DNA from: Octopus sinensis | Taxonomy: Eukaryota | Assembly (NCBI RefSeq): GCF_006345805.1 | Contig: NW_021834482.1 | Location: 1-51,068, forward strand | Length of the DNA stretch: 51,068 nt | Reading direction: 5' to 3' | Shown: in pieces, positions 10,764 to 23,773 of the stretch | Layout of the letters: each line of letters begins with the position of its first letter | How positions within the stretch are numbered: the stretch's first letter is position 1 | Program-made: the position numbers and the translations under genes | Notes under the pieces: generated by a model | What the model saw: the letters and a program-made list of their open reading frames with translations, nothing else | Database searches by the model: none | What the model was told of the DNA's origin: nothing

Positions 10764-11100
10764 TAGATAGATAGATGGGTAGATAGATAGCCAGATAGTA
10801 CAATGTCGAGATTGCTTGTGCTCAGGACGGAGGGATACCGTTTATACATGAGGAAAAAGAATATCTGAGGTGATGCGTCAGTTTGTAGATTGTAGGTTGC
10901 TATACTGAGTTTTAGAAACGTTAAGTAAGGTGCATGTGACCCCTGGTCGTGTACTTTCGCTGGAAGGACAAATCGGAAAAAAATAAAAGAATAGCCTGGT
11001 TATGAAGTTCGCCTTGCAGCCACGAGGTACAGCCAGTCCTACTGACAAAGACACACACAGACACACAGACACACACACACACAGACACACACACACACAC

Positions 11101-11550
11101 ACAGACACACAAAACATACACACACATACACATACAAATACACACATACACACACATATCAGACTCAATGTTTTACACACAAGTGCGAGCACACACACAC
11201 ATCCGCCGACAGGCATACACACACACACGCACACACACACAGACACACACACACACAGACACACAAACATACACACACATACACATACAAATACACACAT
11301 ACACACACATATCAGACTCAATGTTTTACACACAAGTGCGAGCACACACACACATCCGCCGACAGGCATACACACACACACGCACACACACACAGACACA
11401 CACACACACACAGACACACAAACATACACACACATACACATACAAATACACACATACACACACATATCAGACTCAATGTTTTACACACAAGTGCGAGCAC
11501 ACACACACATCCGCCGACAGGCATACACACACACACGCACACACACACAC
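11101..11550. repeat. Tandem repeat, 3 x about 154 bp, built from CA-rich sequence plus a unique core
   Basis: The core atcagactcaatgttttacacacaagtgcgagcacacacacacatccgccgacaggc recurs, with agactc at 11161, 11314 and 11469. Confidence 0.92.
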
Positions 11551-12140
11551 ACAATATATGTATATATGTGTGTATGTGTGTATGTGTATGTGTGTGTAGG
11601 TGTGTGGATGTGGGTGTGTGTGAGTAAAGCGGTGTAAGTGTCCTTTACATGCGTAACACCTTACACTGACATTTATTGTTGCATATGTGTATGTGTGTTT
11701 TTATGTGTATGTGTGTGTGTATGTATATGTGTGTGTGTGTGCATGTATATGTGTGTGTGTGTGCATGTGCACCGTATCGCGTCTGTATGCGTGTGTGACC
11801 GAACTATCAGTTATTATATACAGACAAATAATATATTTTACATATATGTCGGGGCAGGCTTAAACCTCTTCCTCGGATGTTATTCGAACCACCAATCTCG
11901 AACTTCAAGCTCGCGAGCTGTGGTTCAGTTACTGATCATATCACTGAAACCATATCTTCTCATTCCAGACACACAGACACACAGACACACAGATACATAT
12001 TCTCCTCACGCATATAAAAACTCCACCACACGTAATACATATTACTACATATCGATATACATGCGTATATATACATACACACACAATATATATATATATA
12101 TGTATTATATATACGTATATATATATATATATATATATAT

Positions 12141-12218
<78 letters not shown>

Positions 12219-12996
12219 CATACATATATATATATACACACACAGAGAAAGAGATAACAGTGTTCAAAAGCACACCGCAACATGCAAGCAAATATATTTG
12301 TTAAAATATAAATTTTACATTGAAGAACATAGCATCTGATAAACTAATGACTTTCTTTCTCTTTGTAGCGAAAACCATATTGATTCGGTTGGAGTTATAA
12401 ATTTGCCGAGCTCACATCGTCTCTGGCGTTCACGTTCGTTTTCTTTGTCTCTATTGATTCTTATTGCAAGGGACAGTGTGTGAAACACTAATAAAGGTAT
12501 ATACTCAGCGGTGTCTTAACGCACAGGTCTTAATTAAATGGTAACAACTCGGAATAATTACAGCCTTTCCTTAGTTACAGCTAACTGATTTATGATGGAA
12601 ATTGACAGTTGCAACAGGCATTAGAACTACGATCAAGGGCAGGACTACAGTTGAAGTCAGCCGGATTTCGAAACGTCAGTGTGTGAAGTTGAAAAATACT
12701 CGTTATTTCAAAGCAACATCTAATTAAAGTTGTTTACTTCGAACCCTTCACGGAGAAGAGAAGAAGAAAAAAAGGGGGTGGAGTATGGATGGGGGTGGTA
12801 GGTAGAGAGGAATGAAAAAGAGAGAGATAGAGATTGAGAGAAGAGAAGTATATGAAAAATGTGTTAAATTGGTTTCCTTTTTCACTGGTTTGCTTGGCTA
12901 ACGAACGATAATCTGTTGATGCATGCATTTTCATTTCGAGTTCAATCTTGTAACAGGTGATCAAGGAGGTAACAAAACAGATTGATGTGATTATGC

Positions 12997-13054
12997 TTGT
13001 ATGTATGTATGTATGTATGTATGTATGTATGTATGTATGTATGTATGTATGATG

Positions 13055-13085
<31 letters not shown>

Positions 13086-13152
13086 TATGTATGTATGTAA
13101 TGTGTTTATGTATGTATGTACGTACGTATGTATGTATGTATGTATGTATGCA

Positions 13153-13190
<38 letters not shown>

Positions 13191-13369
13191 CATGTCTGTA
13201 TGCCAATTAATTTGTTGGTATATTGCAATATATATATATATTGCAATATACATATATGAATACGCCCATTTATTCAAACACAAGTTCATCTCACTTTCTC
13301 TTTGTCGGTCTGTCTCTGTCTCTTTTCCTCTCCGTCTCTCTCTCTCTCGCTCTGTATATATACATACAT

Positions 13370-13429
<60 letters not shown>

Positions 13430-13515
13430 TACACATATGTATATACATATATACATATGCAAATATACATATACTCGTATATATAGACATATGTCCATAT
13501 ATTGTGTATATATAT

Positions 13516-13580
<65 letters not shown>
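12997..13580. repeat. Compound (TATG)n, (TC)n, (TA)n microsatellite field
   Basis: Directly visible. Confidence 0.9.
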
Positions 13581-13583
<3 letters not shown>

Positions 13584-13697
13584 ACTTCATTTCGCATCCA
13601 ATTTAAACTGCAAAATATATATAAATATATAATCTTGCAGTCCAACTACAGTTAAAGAGACAGAACAATCAAGAAAAACTTGAAAACACAGATATTC

Positions 13698-14099
13698 CCG
13701 CCACCTAATCGTCAGCTTGAAGCATTTGAAGATGAACTATGGAATTTAGTATAAGAACATTAAATTTCAGAAATAACGACCTCGAAGGAATATAAATTTA
13801 AGGAAAATGAAATCTTTAATCCTGGAACGCAAAAGAATAAATGGTATATTTTAGTACACTAAGATCAGACAGGAAATCTATATAATTTAAACATTGATAA
13901 GTATCAGAAACTCCTTACGAATGAAACTACGAACAACTGTTAAATGGTTAATAAGAATGCATTAAGATTAATTAACTTGGAATCTAAGAAAATAATATCA
14001 GAATATAAAGTTGATGATAAGACTGAGCTATATATTTCTAAAAGACCTAGAATCATTTTGAAGGACCATACAGAAAGCTTCCTAACTCATCTTAATGTG
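13698..14099 (+). mobile_element. Decayed Penelope-like element ORF fragment (region N-terminal to RT)
   Basis: 13698: PPPNRQLEAFEDELWNLV/NIKFQK. 13863: DQTGNLYNLNIDKYQKLLTNETTNNC*MVNKNALRLINLESKKIISEYKVDDKTELYISKRPRIILKDHTESF. This matches the FEnDL..likNIKF / DKT.NLY / Y.KLL / I.LKDHKeNF motifs I recall from Penelope-like ORFs. Confidence 0.75.
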
Positions 14100-14290
14100 A
14101 AAAAAGAGAAAATTATTTGAATATAAAAGTTAACTTATATTTAAATACTACTTAAGAAAATCGTGGAAGTCAAATTGTATGTCTCTCTCTATATATATAT
14201 ACGTACGTGTGTATTTATATCTGTGTCTGTGACTATAGATACACACGAGAAAACACGTATGCACACATACACACACATATCCTCACCTCC

Positions 14291-14324
<34 letters not shown>

Positions 14325-14476
14325 ATATTATTATATATATGTATATATATGTAATTTATATATCTGTCCCATATATCCATATATATATAATTATAGTATA
14401 CCTACAGTAAAGTAACCGCACAAAACACGTGGTGAATATACAATCTCAGAGAGGGAGGGAGAGTCAGAGGGAGAAA

Positions 14477-14507
<31 letters not shown>

Positions 14508-14651
14508 GTCTTTCAGGTTTTCTTTTCTGTTTATGTTCACGAGTTTTCCTAGGCAACAAATTAATTGGCACACAGACATATACACTTACACATACAAAAA
14601 TACATGTGTGTTTTCGTGCGTACGTGCGTGCGCGCTTGTTTCTACGTAAAT

Positions 14652-14752
<101 letters not shown>

Positions 14753-15573
14753 CAGATATGTAGGTAGATTGGTAGATAAACGTTGTCAGAGGAACCGTCA
14801 AAAGGTATAGGTATGTGTGGTGTGGAAAATCAATACATAAACGGAGTATGGGGTATATGGTGTATGCTGATTTACTTATTGTAATATATATGCTAACAAA
14901 ATGAGTAATGTTGTGTCTGAGAATAGAGAGAGTGGGTAAAATAGAGAGATGGATGGAAAAAGAAATAGGGTGTTGGTTGGAGAGCAAGACGGGTGGAAAT
15001 ATGAAGACCATTACAGAGAGACCGAGAGAAAGTGAGGCGGGGACGTGGAGCGGAAGAGAGGCGGAGAGAAAGAGAGCGGGAGTGAAAAACGAAAGAATAA
15101 AAGCTCCCGGGCGATCAGAGCCATATTTTATTATCATAAAACGGTATAGATGTATTGCATCAGTCACTGGATTGTAGTGTCTTCGTTCTACTACTTATCC
15201 AAGTCCATTATTTAGTTGGAATTGCTAAATTAATTTTGCATTAGGGGACTCCAGCAAGCTCACACCCGACGCTGAGCTGAAGAAACATTTATGGAATTAA
15301 TTTACTTGTCGCTGATCTGAACATGGGAAATTTGCAACGCACAGATCCATGAGTGTGGTTTGTCAAATGTGACTGTTGGATTATCGTCAGAGTAAAAATG
15401 TCGCTTTTCACTAAGTAAATTAACATCTTACTGCCGCAGCGTGCATTATGTAGTTAGTATATACTGTAGAGCTGACATATTTTCGATGCATAGAAGTAAA
15501 TAAATAATAGATGAATAGCATATGATGGATGATGTAATAATACTAATGTAATACAAGATCAGATAGTCCGTTA

Positions 15574-15904
15574 CTCTTTTAGTCTTTTACTTGTTTCAGT
15601 CATTTGACTGCGGCCATGCTGGAGTACCGCCTTTAGTCGAGCAAATCGCCCCCCAGGATTTATTCTTTATAAGCCTAGTACTTATACTATCAGTTTCTTT
15701 TGCCGAACCGCTAGGTTACGGGGACGTAAACACACCAGCATCGGTTGTCAAGCGATGTTGGGGGGAAGGCAAACACAGACACACAAACATATATACACAC
15801 ACATATATGTATATGTATATATATACGACAGGCTTCTTTCAGTTTGCGTCTACGAAATCCACTCACAAGACTTTGGTCGGCCCGAGGCTATAGTAGAAGG
15901 CACT
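15574..15904 (-). mobile_element. SINE family B, 5'-truncated
   Basis: Reverse complement of the family body and tail (ctcttttagtcttttacttgtttcagtcatttgactgcggccatgctgg ... ggcccgaggctatagtagaag). Confidence 0.93.
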
Positions 15905-15978
15905 GATTGAGGTATGTTACGGTGTCAACTAATCTGCAACACCGTTCTTGACTGAGTAATTCGTAGTTAAGAGTTTTA

Positions 15979-16028
<50 letters not shown>

Positions 16029-16742
16029 ATTAAGCTCATGGTTGGTGACACACACATACATCTTCCGTATTATATATTATAAGTATACATACACATGTGT
16101 TTGTATTATGCGAGTGAGTATACTCATGTTTGTACATACAGTTATGAATGATTTTTAGAGCTGCACTTGGTAATCATTAGTCAAATTAGGTGTTACTGTA
16201 GAAGACAATTAGCAGACGAGCGGTGCAGCTGTTGCAGATTGAAGTTCGCAACCACATGACATCGCAAAGAGTATGTGAGCGAAGTAGCCATCAATAAAGC
16301 AAGGGAAATGTTTGTTAGAACTCAGAACTTGTAAGTATTTAAAAGAAAAAATTAAGACACGAAGGGTCAGGCTGTGATGAAATAATTTTAGAAAAGAATG
16401 CACAAGAATTACAGAAGGGAAATGTAACAACATTCCAATGAGATAGAAGGATAGAGAGGAGAACAGATAGAAGATTAGTGAATGTACTGAGAGAGGAGGA
16501 CATCAGAGAATGCTAGGAGACTTAACCTATGATAAGTAACGGACACTTCAATCACGCAATATTTACATAAAAGTTCCAACTGATATGATAAACTCTGTAA
16601 CAAATAAATTAAACCAGGTCTTTGAATATATTTTCTTACAATGTAAATCACACAGAAACAGGCACCCACACACATTCAACCACGTACTTACATAATTTGT
16701 TTATCATACATCCATATATAAAGCATTGTTATTGTTGCGTGG

Positions 16743-16744
<2 letters not shown>

Positions 16745-16781
<37 letters not shown>

Positions 16782-17107
16782 TGCAGAATAAACATTCATA
16801 CGTATACACACACATGTATATATATGTACACAGATATCTGTATATATATGTATATACATACATATATATATATATATATACTTATATATTTATGCATGTA
16901 TGTATAAACGTACACATATGTATACACACGTATATTTATAAATATACATATATATAAACATACATATACAAACATACGTAAGATCAAATGAATACGTAAT
17001 TATATGTGCATATTTATCTAGCTATCTATCCATCTATCTATCTCTGTATGTATCTTCATGCAAGTGTGCATGTGTGTCGTATGATGTATGCTTCTCTGTA
17101 TGCATGC

Positions 17108-17150
<43 letters not shown>

Positions 17151-17204
17151 TATATATGTGTATATATATTTACATATATATTTATATATGTATATATACA
17201 TACA

Positions 17205-17236
<32 letters not shown>

Positions 17237-17241
17237 CACCC

Positions 17242-17272
<31 letters not shown>

Positions 17273-17340
17273 GCATATATATATATATATATACATATAT
17301 ATGTATGTATACGGATATGTAGACGTATATGCGTGTGCGT
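16745..17340. repeat. (TA)n/(TACA)n/(TATC)n microsatellite field
   Basis: Directly visible. Confidence 0.9.
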
Positions 17341-17744
17341 GTGCACATCTTTAGAAGTCTTTAGATAAAGCACTCATCGTCTTTTTATCCATTTTTCATC
17401 CAGCGCTTTTATTACCCCCCCCATATATCGATTTAAAAGATACAAACTTTGAAACTGAAAGTTGTGAAATAAGTAGAAACAAAAACAAATAAATATAAGA
17501 CGGAAACAACGAAGGTTAAATTTTGATTTATAAACCCACACATTCTCTCATGCTTGAAAGAAAATAAGGTGCCCTTTAATTTACTTCACTTGTAAACTCA
17601 TCAACAAAACCGTTCACCTAAACAAAAAACATGAAAAAAACAAAGTGATTTTGAAAAATATAAATTTTTGTTATTGTTGTTATTGTTTTACTTTTAGGTA
17701 TTTTAATTCATATTATCATTAGCATTGTTGATAATTTTTCATGT

Positions 17745-17754
17745 AGAAAGGTTA

Positions 17755-17799
<45 letters not shown>

Positions 17800-17853
17800 T
17801 ATTATTATTATTATTATGATTGTTGTTGTTGTTGTCGTTGTTATTATTATTAT
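17745..17853. repeat. (ATT)n-(GTT)n trinucleotide tract
   Basis: Directly visible. Confidence 0.9.
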
Positions 17854-17855
17854 GT

Positions 17856-18018
17856 AAGGCGGTGAGCTGGAAGACTTGTTAGCACTCACGGCGAAATACG
17901 AAGCAGTATTTCCTGTATCGCTACGTCCAGAGATCAAATTTGGCCGAGGTCCACTTTGCCTCTCAACCTTTCGGGGTCGATTAAATAAACGTCAGTTACG
18001 TACTGGGCTCGATGTAAC
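17856..18018 (+). mobile_element. SINE family A, diverged, 3'-truncated (the only plus-strand copy)
   Basis: aaggcggtgagctggaagacttgttagcac...cctttcggggtcgattaaataaac...gggctcgatgtaac, running into (CA)n. Confidence 0.8.
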
Positions 18019-18057
18019 ACACAAACACACATACACACACATACACACACACACACG

Positions 18058-18107
<50 letters not shown>

Positions 18108-18309
18108 ACACATATGCTAAACTGGTGAATCCGCCATGCTCGTCCCATGTGAAAGGTAATTTGCGACACACTACAAGAATGAAAATAAACCTAGGGCAAA
18201 TGAACCTAGGAAAGGTAAATATATGTGTAAATGCTTAGTGGTATATTTTCATTCCATCCAAAGCATCTTTCTTCTCCAACCCTTTGAAGTTGGCATTAGT
18301 ATGACAATG

Positions 18310-18695
18310 TGAGCAACGGTGCATGTCAACTTGTCTTCTTTCTCTTGTCTTGAGACAGCATTCACAACGCTGCATCTCTCACAAACGCCGACCAGGCCTG
18401 GCGATTTGAGGCTAACGACCGCGTGATCTCCAACCACTCTCTATTCCAGCGGCGAACGGCGTAGATATGGGGGCCTAGGTTGGGTTCCAGATCAGCCTTG
18501 ACTGTCATCAGCCAGGTTTTTCGTTGTCCGTCACATCGCTTTCGCCAACCCTGAAGGGGAGCTGGGGAAATTGCTTCGTAGATGAATTCTCCTGGTTGAC
18601 GACGGAGGGCTTGACCCAGCCAACGCAGACGTCTCGTTAGGATGACTTGTAGGAGGGAGGTAATTTTGCACTGGTGTTGGCATGTGTCAACCTAA
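18310..18695 (-). mobile_element. RTE-clade LINE 3' end (ORF C-terminus)
   Basis: Minus 18655-18362 is open: LLQVILTRRLRWLGQALRRQPGEFIYEAISPAPLQGWRKRCDGQRKTWLMTVKADLEPNLGPHIYAVRRWNREWLEITRSLASNRQAWSAFVRDAAL*. It carries the RRLRWLGH..R and GQRKTW RTE motifs. It is absent from the ORF track because it lacks a start codon. Confidence 0.88.
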
Positions 18696-18765
18696 TGTGA
18701 TGTCTTTAAGAAATATTATTTGTAAGATTAAGCATGGAGGACATTTATCGATCGATATCTGCTGA

Positions 18766-19352
18766 CTTAGTAAAAGAATATTTCAGAAATATACCTACAT
18801 GTTTTGCATTCATTACTGAATTATCGTTAGTAACACTTCAGGTTATTCATTAGCAGTTAAAATGACAGGCTGTTTGTGGTCGTTCAAAATTGGTTAACTT
18901 TTCAAATTTCAACGAGGAAATATTAATATAGAAATTAAGGACGATTCCACGATAGATGAATACGTATAAATATATTCCTCTAAACTTCATACCAGAACTT
19001 ATAGAATTCTGAACAAGTTACTTATGCAAACATCACGCGTAGAGTTATAACGAGGATTTCATTGTTAACATACTGAATAAATTTTTCTATTAACTACTAA
19101 TGAGTATTCTTATACATTTCGGTCAGGAATCCTATCATTACAAGGATTCTTATTTGGTGGTGATATTGGCAACATTCCAGGAAATTCTCTAAAGCGATAA
19201 TTTTGATTAAGCAATCTTGTAGTTATGCAAAGTATTCAGACACGCAAACACGCTGCAGAATAAGTTCGCTTTTCCGGCGACTTCATCTTCGATTCCGTTT
19301 TAATCATGCTTCGATTTGTTGCAGATATGATTATTTGGTTAAGGTGTTCGTC
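18766..19352 (-). pseudogene. Possible highly decayed Helitron PIF1-like helicase fragment
   Basis: Collinear weak motifs on the minus strand: HLNQIIISATN..PEKRTYS..QNYRFREFPGMLPISPP..RN; then PRYNSTR, GMKFRG..VFIYR, KFEKL, PVIL, KHVGIFL. They resemble Helitron helicase WL.ERAILAPKN/EEKTY/NYPTEFL..PP/LCNGTR/GKFKG/QFPV/VG.DL. Multiple stops and frameshifts. Confidence 0.35.
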
Positions 19353-19649
19353 TCACAAATGCCTAATTTCGAGTTGAATTCTACAACTAGACGTATTAGA
19401 TAAGTATCTCCGAAGAATCTGTTGGTTCAAAGCTTTTTCAACGAAATTTAGTTGAGAAAACTACTGTGTGGATGCTTATGAAGAGCGACCATTCCCGAAC
19501 TGTGGAAAAGACTTATAAGATCGCACTGTTTGAAAGAACGATTTGATTGAGACGTTTGTCTCTAAGATGCTTGTCCGTTCGTTTGTAAAATTTCGGACCT
19601 GGTCAGTGGTCTGAATGTTACCTCCTGTATTCCACCACCAGTCACAGTA

Positions 19650-19662
19650 TATATTATATAAT

Positions 19663-19713
<51 letters not shown>

Positions 19714-19732
19714 TAATTATATATATATACAT

Positions 19733-19787
<55 letters not shown>

Positions 19788-19794
19788 ATATATG

Positions 19795-19825
<31 letters not shown>

Positions 19826-20173
19826 AGATACACCCACTCTCCAGCATTACATTTCCTGGATTTCCAGGAACGACGTTGAGGTTACTTCCTTGCCTTAACC
19901 ACGACCTCTGCAGATAACCACGCACCAGTTGGGGAACTTACTGTGCGCTCCTCTATTTGATTGAATATCTACGTCCCTATTTTAAATAAGAGTATACATA
20001 TGTATGTGTGTATGCATATAAGTGTATATATATATAGTGTATATATATATATATATGTGTTGTGTTGTGTGTGTGTGCGTATATATATATATAAATACAT
20101 ACGTTCCTATACGTACCTTCATATATGTGAAAATATATACAACATATGTATGTATATATATATAATATATATA

Positions 20174-20224
<51 letters not shown>

Positions 20225-20833
20225 TTTACATATAGGAACGTACTTATACACATGGATATATATATCGTCACAAATACCATGTGTGACTACTCTGTCCGAC
20301 ATCCTTTCTTCCTGCATTAAATATGTGATTTATTTCCGGTTTCTATCATAACTTTTCTCTTATATTCATATAGATACAATAGCCATATCACTTCGCTCTC
20401 ATTTACCGCTTCACGCTCACGTTTTCTCTCTCTCTTTTTTCCTTTCTTTCTTTTATTCCTTAATCTCTTCTTTAGTTCCACTTCACTGTTTCTATCGCTT
20501 GATATATTGCTGTGTTCTTCGCTTGTTTGTCCTCACAACCTTTAACATTCTGCAGTCAATATAGTCACCATACTACTCTGCTACTTTCATTCACTACAGC
20601 TCAACAATCTCTCACTCCATCTGTTCCTCTGTTTGTTCGTGAAGCGCCCTCGGTCTTTCTGCGTGTTTGTTGACCTGTCTCTCTCGGTCTGTCTATATGT
20701 CTTTCTCCCTCTGTATCTTACTCTCTTTCTCTCTCTCTCTCTCTCTCACTTTCACACCACACACACTCTCTTTTTCTCTCTGGTTAGCACGATATTTCAC
20801 ATGGATGTCATTATAGTTTTGCTAAGAAGCATA

Positions 20834-20868
<35 letters not shown>

Positions 20869-20905
20869 ACACACACACACACATATACTATATATGCATA
20901 TATAT

Positions 20906-20948
<43 letters not shown>

Positions 20949-21299
20949 TATATATATATGTATATATTATATGTATATATATATATATATATAATAATAT
21001 ATATATGTATGTATATATATATATATGTATGTATATGTATATATGTACAGTATATATATGTATGTATGTATATATATGTATATATATATATATACATATA
21101 TATGTGTGTGTGTGTGTGTGTGTATATTATATATATATTTATATATACACGCACACATACATACATACACATACATACACACATGCATACACAAGTGTTG
21201 TTTACGTCATACAGTTAAAACGGAATCTATCTATTTACCTGTCTGACTCTCTGTTTGTGTCTCCCTGCATCTATATATCCATCTATCGACGTGCATACA

Positions 21300-21336
<37 letters not shown>

Positions 21337-21400
21337 TACATACACACACACACACAAACGCACACACGCACACACATATCGACACATACATACATATAAG
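19650..21400. repeat. Cluster of (TA)n, (TG)n, (CA)n microsatellites with a pyrimidine-rich spacer
   Basis: Directly visible; boundaries approximate. Confidence 0.8.
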
Positions 21401-22010
21401 AAAATGACAATATCAACCCGTTGTAAACTTCTACCTTTATGTGTGAAGTCTTTATATTTTTTTTTAAACGCGTAAAAAGTCCCCAGCGACGATTGTGATG
21501 GAGGTTGTTATAGAATTAATTTTCGCTGTGAAACATAGCTCATCTGCAGGATATCCATCATCTTTACTTTAGACGCCATTGCGGACACTATGAATGCTGT
21601 GCTGATCAGAATATTTGATAAGTTAGCTCTCTCTATGTCTATCACTGACAAGATATATTATATTTCAAGAAATATTTCCACGTTGTTATATGTATTTCTG
21701 AAGAAAACATATAGCAAGGTGGAAGTTCTTCGCTATTTCAGAAGAAATGGCGAGAAAAGCAAAAATATGATTTAGATTTTACGCAGTGTAAATTATAAAG
21801 CATATAATATTTAATGTTTTATTCCACGGATTATTATGAAAATTTTTAGCATTTCTTTCATTTTTTTTTTTCGCATTCATGTTCCGAAAATATGGATTTT
21901 ATCATCTCCTGAATGAAAAATATATATAAGTGGTTGAGTATTTCTCGACAGAACCAGTGTGACCCAGTTTGAACAAAGGCTGTACTTTTTCAATTACATA
22001 TAAAACTCAC

Positions 22011-22077
22011 CCGATGGGCTTTTCTATAGTATTTGTCTAAACCCAGTTTCACATGCAACGTATAGGTAGAGACCAAA
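22011..22077 (-). CDS. Candidate internal coding exon (67 nt; xLVSTYTLHVKLGLDKYYRKAHR), unknown host gene
   Basis: Minus: atttaattttctacAG|TTTGGTC...CCCATCGG|GTgagt. Strong acceptor, consensus donor, and exactly one open frame. No homology recognised. Confidence 0.35.
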
Positions 22078-22280
22078 CTGTAGAAAATTAAATTTACACA
22101 ATATTCCTGGTAGTCTATAACCTCGTGTATTGTAAGTAATATCTTTACCCCAAGAAACATAATGTGCGTAGGATTCAGATAGTACACATATATAGAATGT
22201 AAAAATACACTATATATAACCTATACGAACAATGTGATGAGAGAATATATAAAGCTGTTGTCTCAAATTCGTACAAATAG

Positions 22281-22395
22281 CGAAAACAGAAGACGAAGAT
22301 TGGTGAAGGAACAGCAAGAAGTTATATTAGGTTAACGCTGAAGAAGAATGGAAATGCTTTTGATGTTTCTAACCTACGCTCTTCGACAGAGAGGA
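22281..22395 (-). mobile_element. Second, decayed copy of the hammerhead-motif repeat
   Basis: Minus: ctct-CTGTCGA-AGAGCGTAGGTTA-GAAACATC-aaaagc...agcgttaacctaatata...aatcttcgtcttc, collinear with 5263-5390. Confidence 0.55.
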
Positions 22396-22601
22396 TTAAG
22401 AGGAAACAAAAAGAAGAGAGAGAACGAAAATAAGAACGGAGAAAATATGTTTAGGGAATAACGGTTCAACAACATGAATAGATAGGTAAGGAGGTAGATA
22501 CAAAGATAGGTAGATACACAATCAATAAATTTAACGATCGATCGATAGACATAGATATATATATATATATCTATATTTATATCTATATATATATACATAT
22601 T

Positions 22602-22654
<53 letters not shown>

Positions 22655-23127
22655 ATATATATATATATATATATACATATATACATACATATATACATAC
22701 ACACACAGACACATATTCAGACACACACACACATATTTATATATATATATATATATATATAGATAGATAGATAGATAGACGGAAAGAAACAACTAGGGTC
22801 GTTTTCTGCTGGTTTCAGGAAGCTAAAGTGTGGATGTACCTTTGTGCGTTCCTCAAATGATTTTGACGATTGTATCGACTAGTATTCATGTAGTCTGTAG
22901 GTTATTCATTCATACATTCAAATGCATATTAACATGTATGTATGTATATATGTATGTATCTATGTACCTATTTATGTATAGACGTAGGCATGTAATGAAG
23001 TCCAGATATTGCCAGCTCGCCGCCTTGTTGGCGGTTGTATAATGCTGAATTTTCTATTCGCGTTTCATTAGTTTGACAAATAAATTATCCAGGCTATAGG
23101 TACTTTTCACAAAGAGAAGAACACTTA

Positions 23128-23314
23128 CATCATACCGGATGAAATCGTTAGGTGATCATAGGAGTAGTTGACCTTGGTAGAAGAGACAATGTTGTTCGTA
23201 TTTCTAGCACACCTACCGGGAAATGTCAAAAAGATTTGCTCAGAAAGGTTAGCTTCATTATTTCGATGCTTGGCTTGAATAACAAATATTAATCCGGCAG
23301 ATGTGTGAAGGTAA
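23128..23314 (-). CDS. Candidate exon ending in a consensus donor (…IFLTFPGRCARNTNNIVSSTKVNYSYDHLTISSGM)
   Basis: About 200 nt of open, non-repetitive frame ending AT|GTAAGT. The phase-2 end is compatible with the candidate exon at 22077. Only AAG-type acceptors are available, so the 5' boundary is uncertain. Confidence 0.2.
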
Positions 23315-23773
23315 TATCTTAGAAAGCACATAGGTTGACATTAGAGAAATGAATATGACTCCCTAAGGTAATCTGAATGCAAGACAGAAAATCAAATATA
23401 CATGGTTAAAATTTTTTTAAAGTTAAAACTGGACGAAAGGTTAGCAATATAAAATATTACGTTTCCTGGCATATGTGTAAAAACCAATAGAGAAGATATT
23501 TTGACATTACTTTCTGACGGAAATGTTGAATTAAATAATCGGAGTAAAATGATATATACAAATTAAATACTCGGTAAAATAATGCTAGCATTTATAGTTC
23601 CAAATTTCACATTACAGAATCACTCTTGAACGGGTTTTGAACGTTGCACTTGGTCTTTCGCGTGCCATCAATGACAATTTGTTATGTACTTGGCACAGGT
23701 CCTCTGCTATTGAATGACCCAGTTTTTATTGGTGTAACTTACACATGAGAGTCATATAAATCTCACTGTTATA

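Noticed and set aside
12640-12690. GAAACGTCAGT resembling the 3' half of a Penelope hammerhead
   Set aside because: No recognisable CUGANGA core or stem II upstream.
15261-15300. Plus-strand AG followed by DSSKLTPDAELKKHLWN* as a possible terminal exon
   Set aside because: No homology or supporting upstream exon; chance-level pattern.
16190-16560. Purine-rich stretch faintly resembling an antisense CR1/L2 ORF2 C-terminus
   Set aside because: Too degenerate to align motifs by eye; needs a translated search.
23091-23720. Phase-compatible plus-strand exon pair (AIGTFHKEKNTYIIPDEIVR + ITLERVLNVALGLSRAIND)
   Set aside because: Weak acceptor for the first, no good donor for the second, and overlap with a minus-strand candidate. 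It illustrates the false-positive rate of exon calling here.
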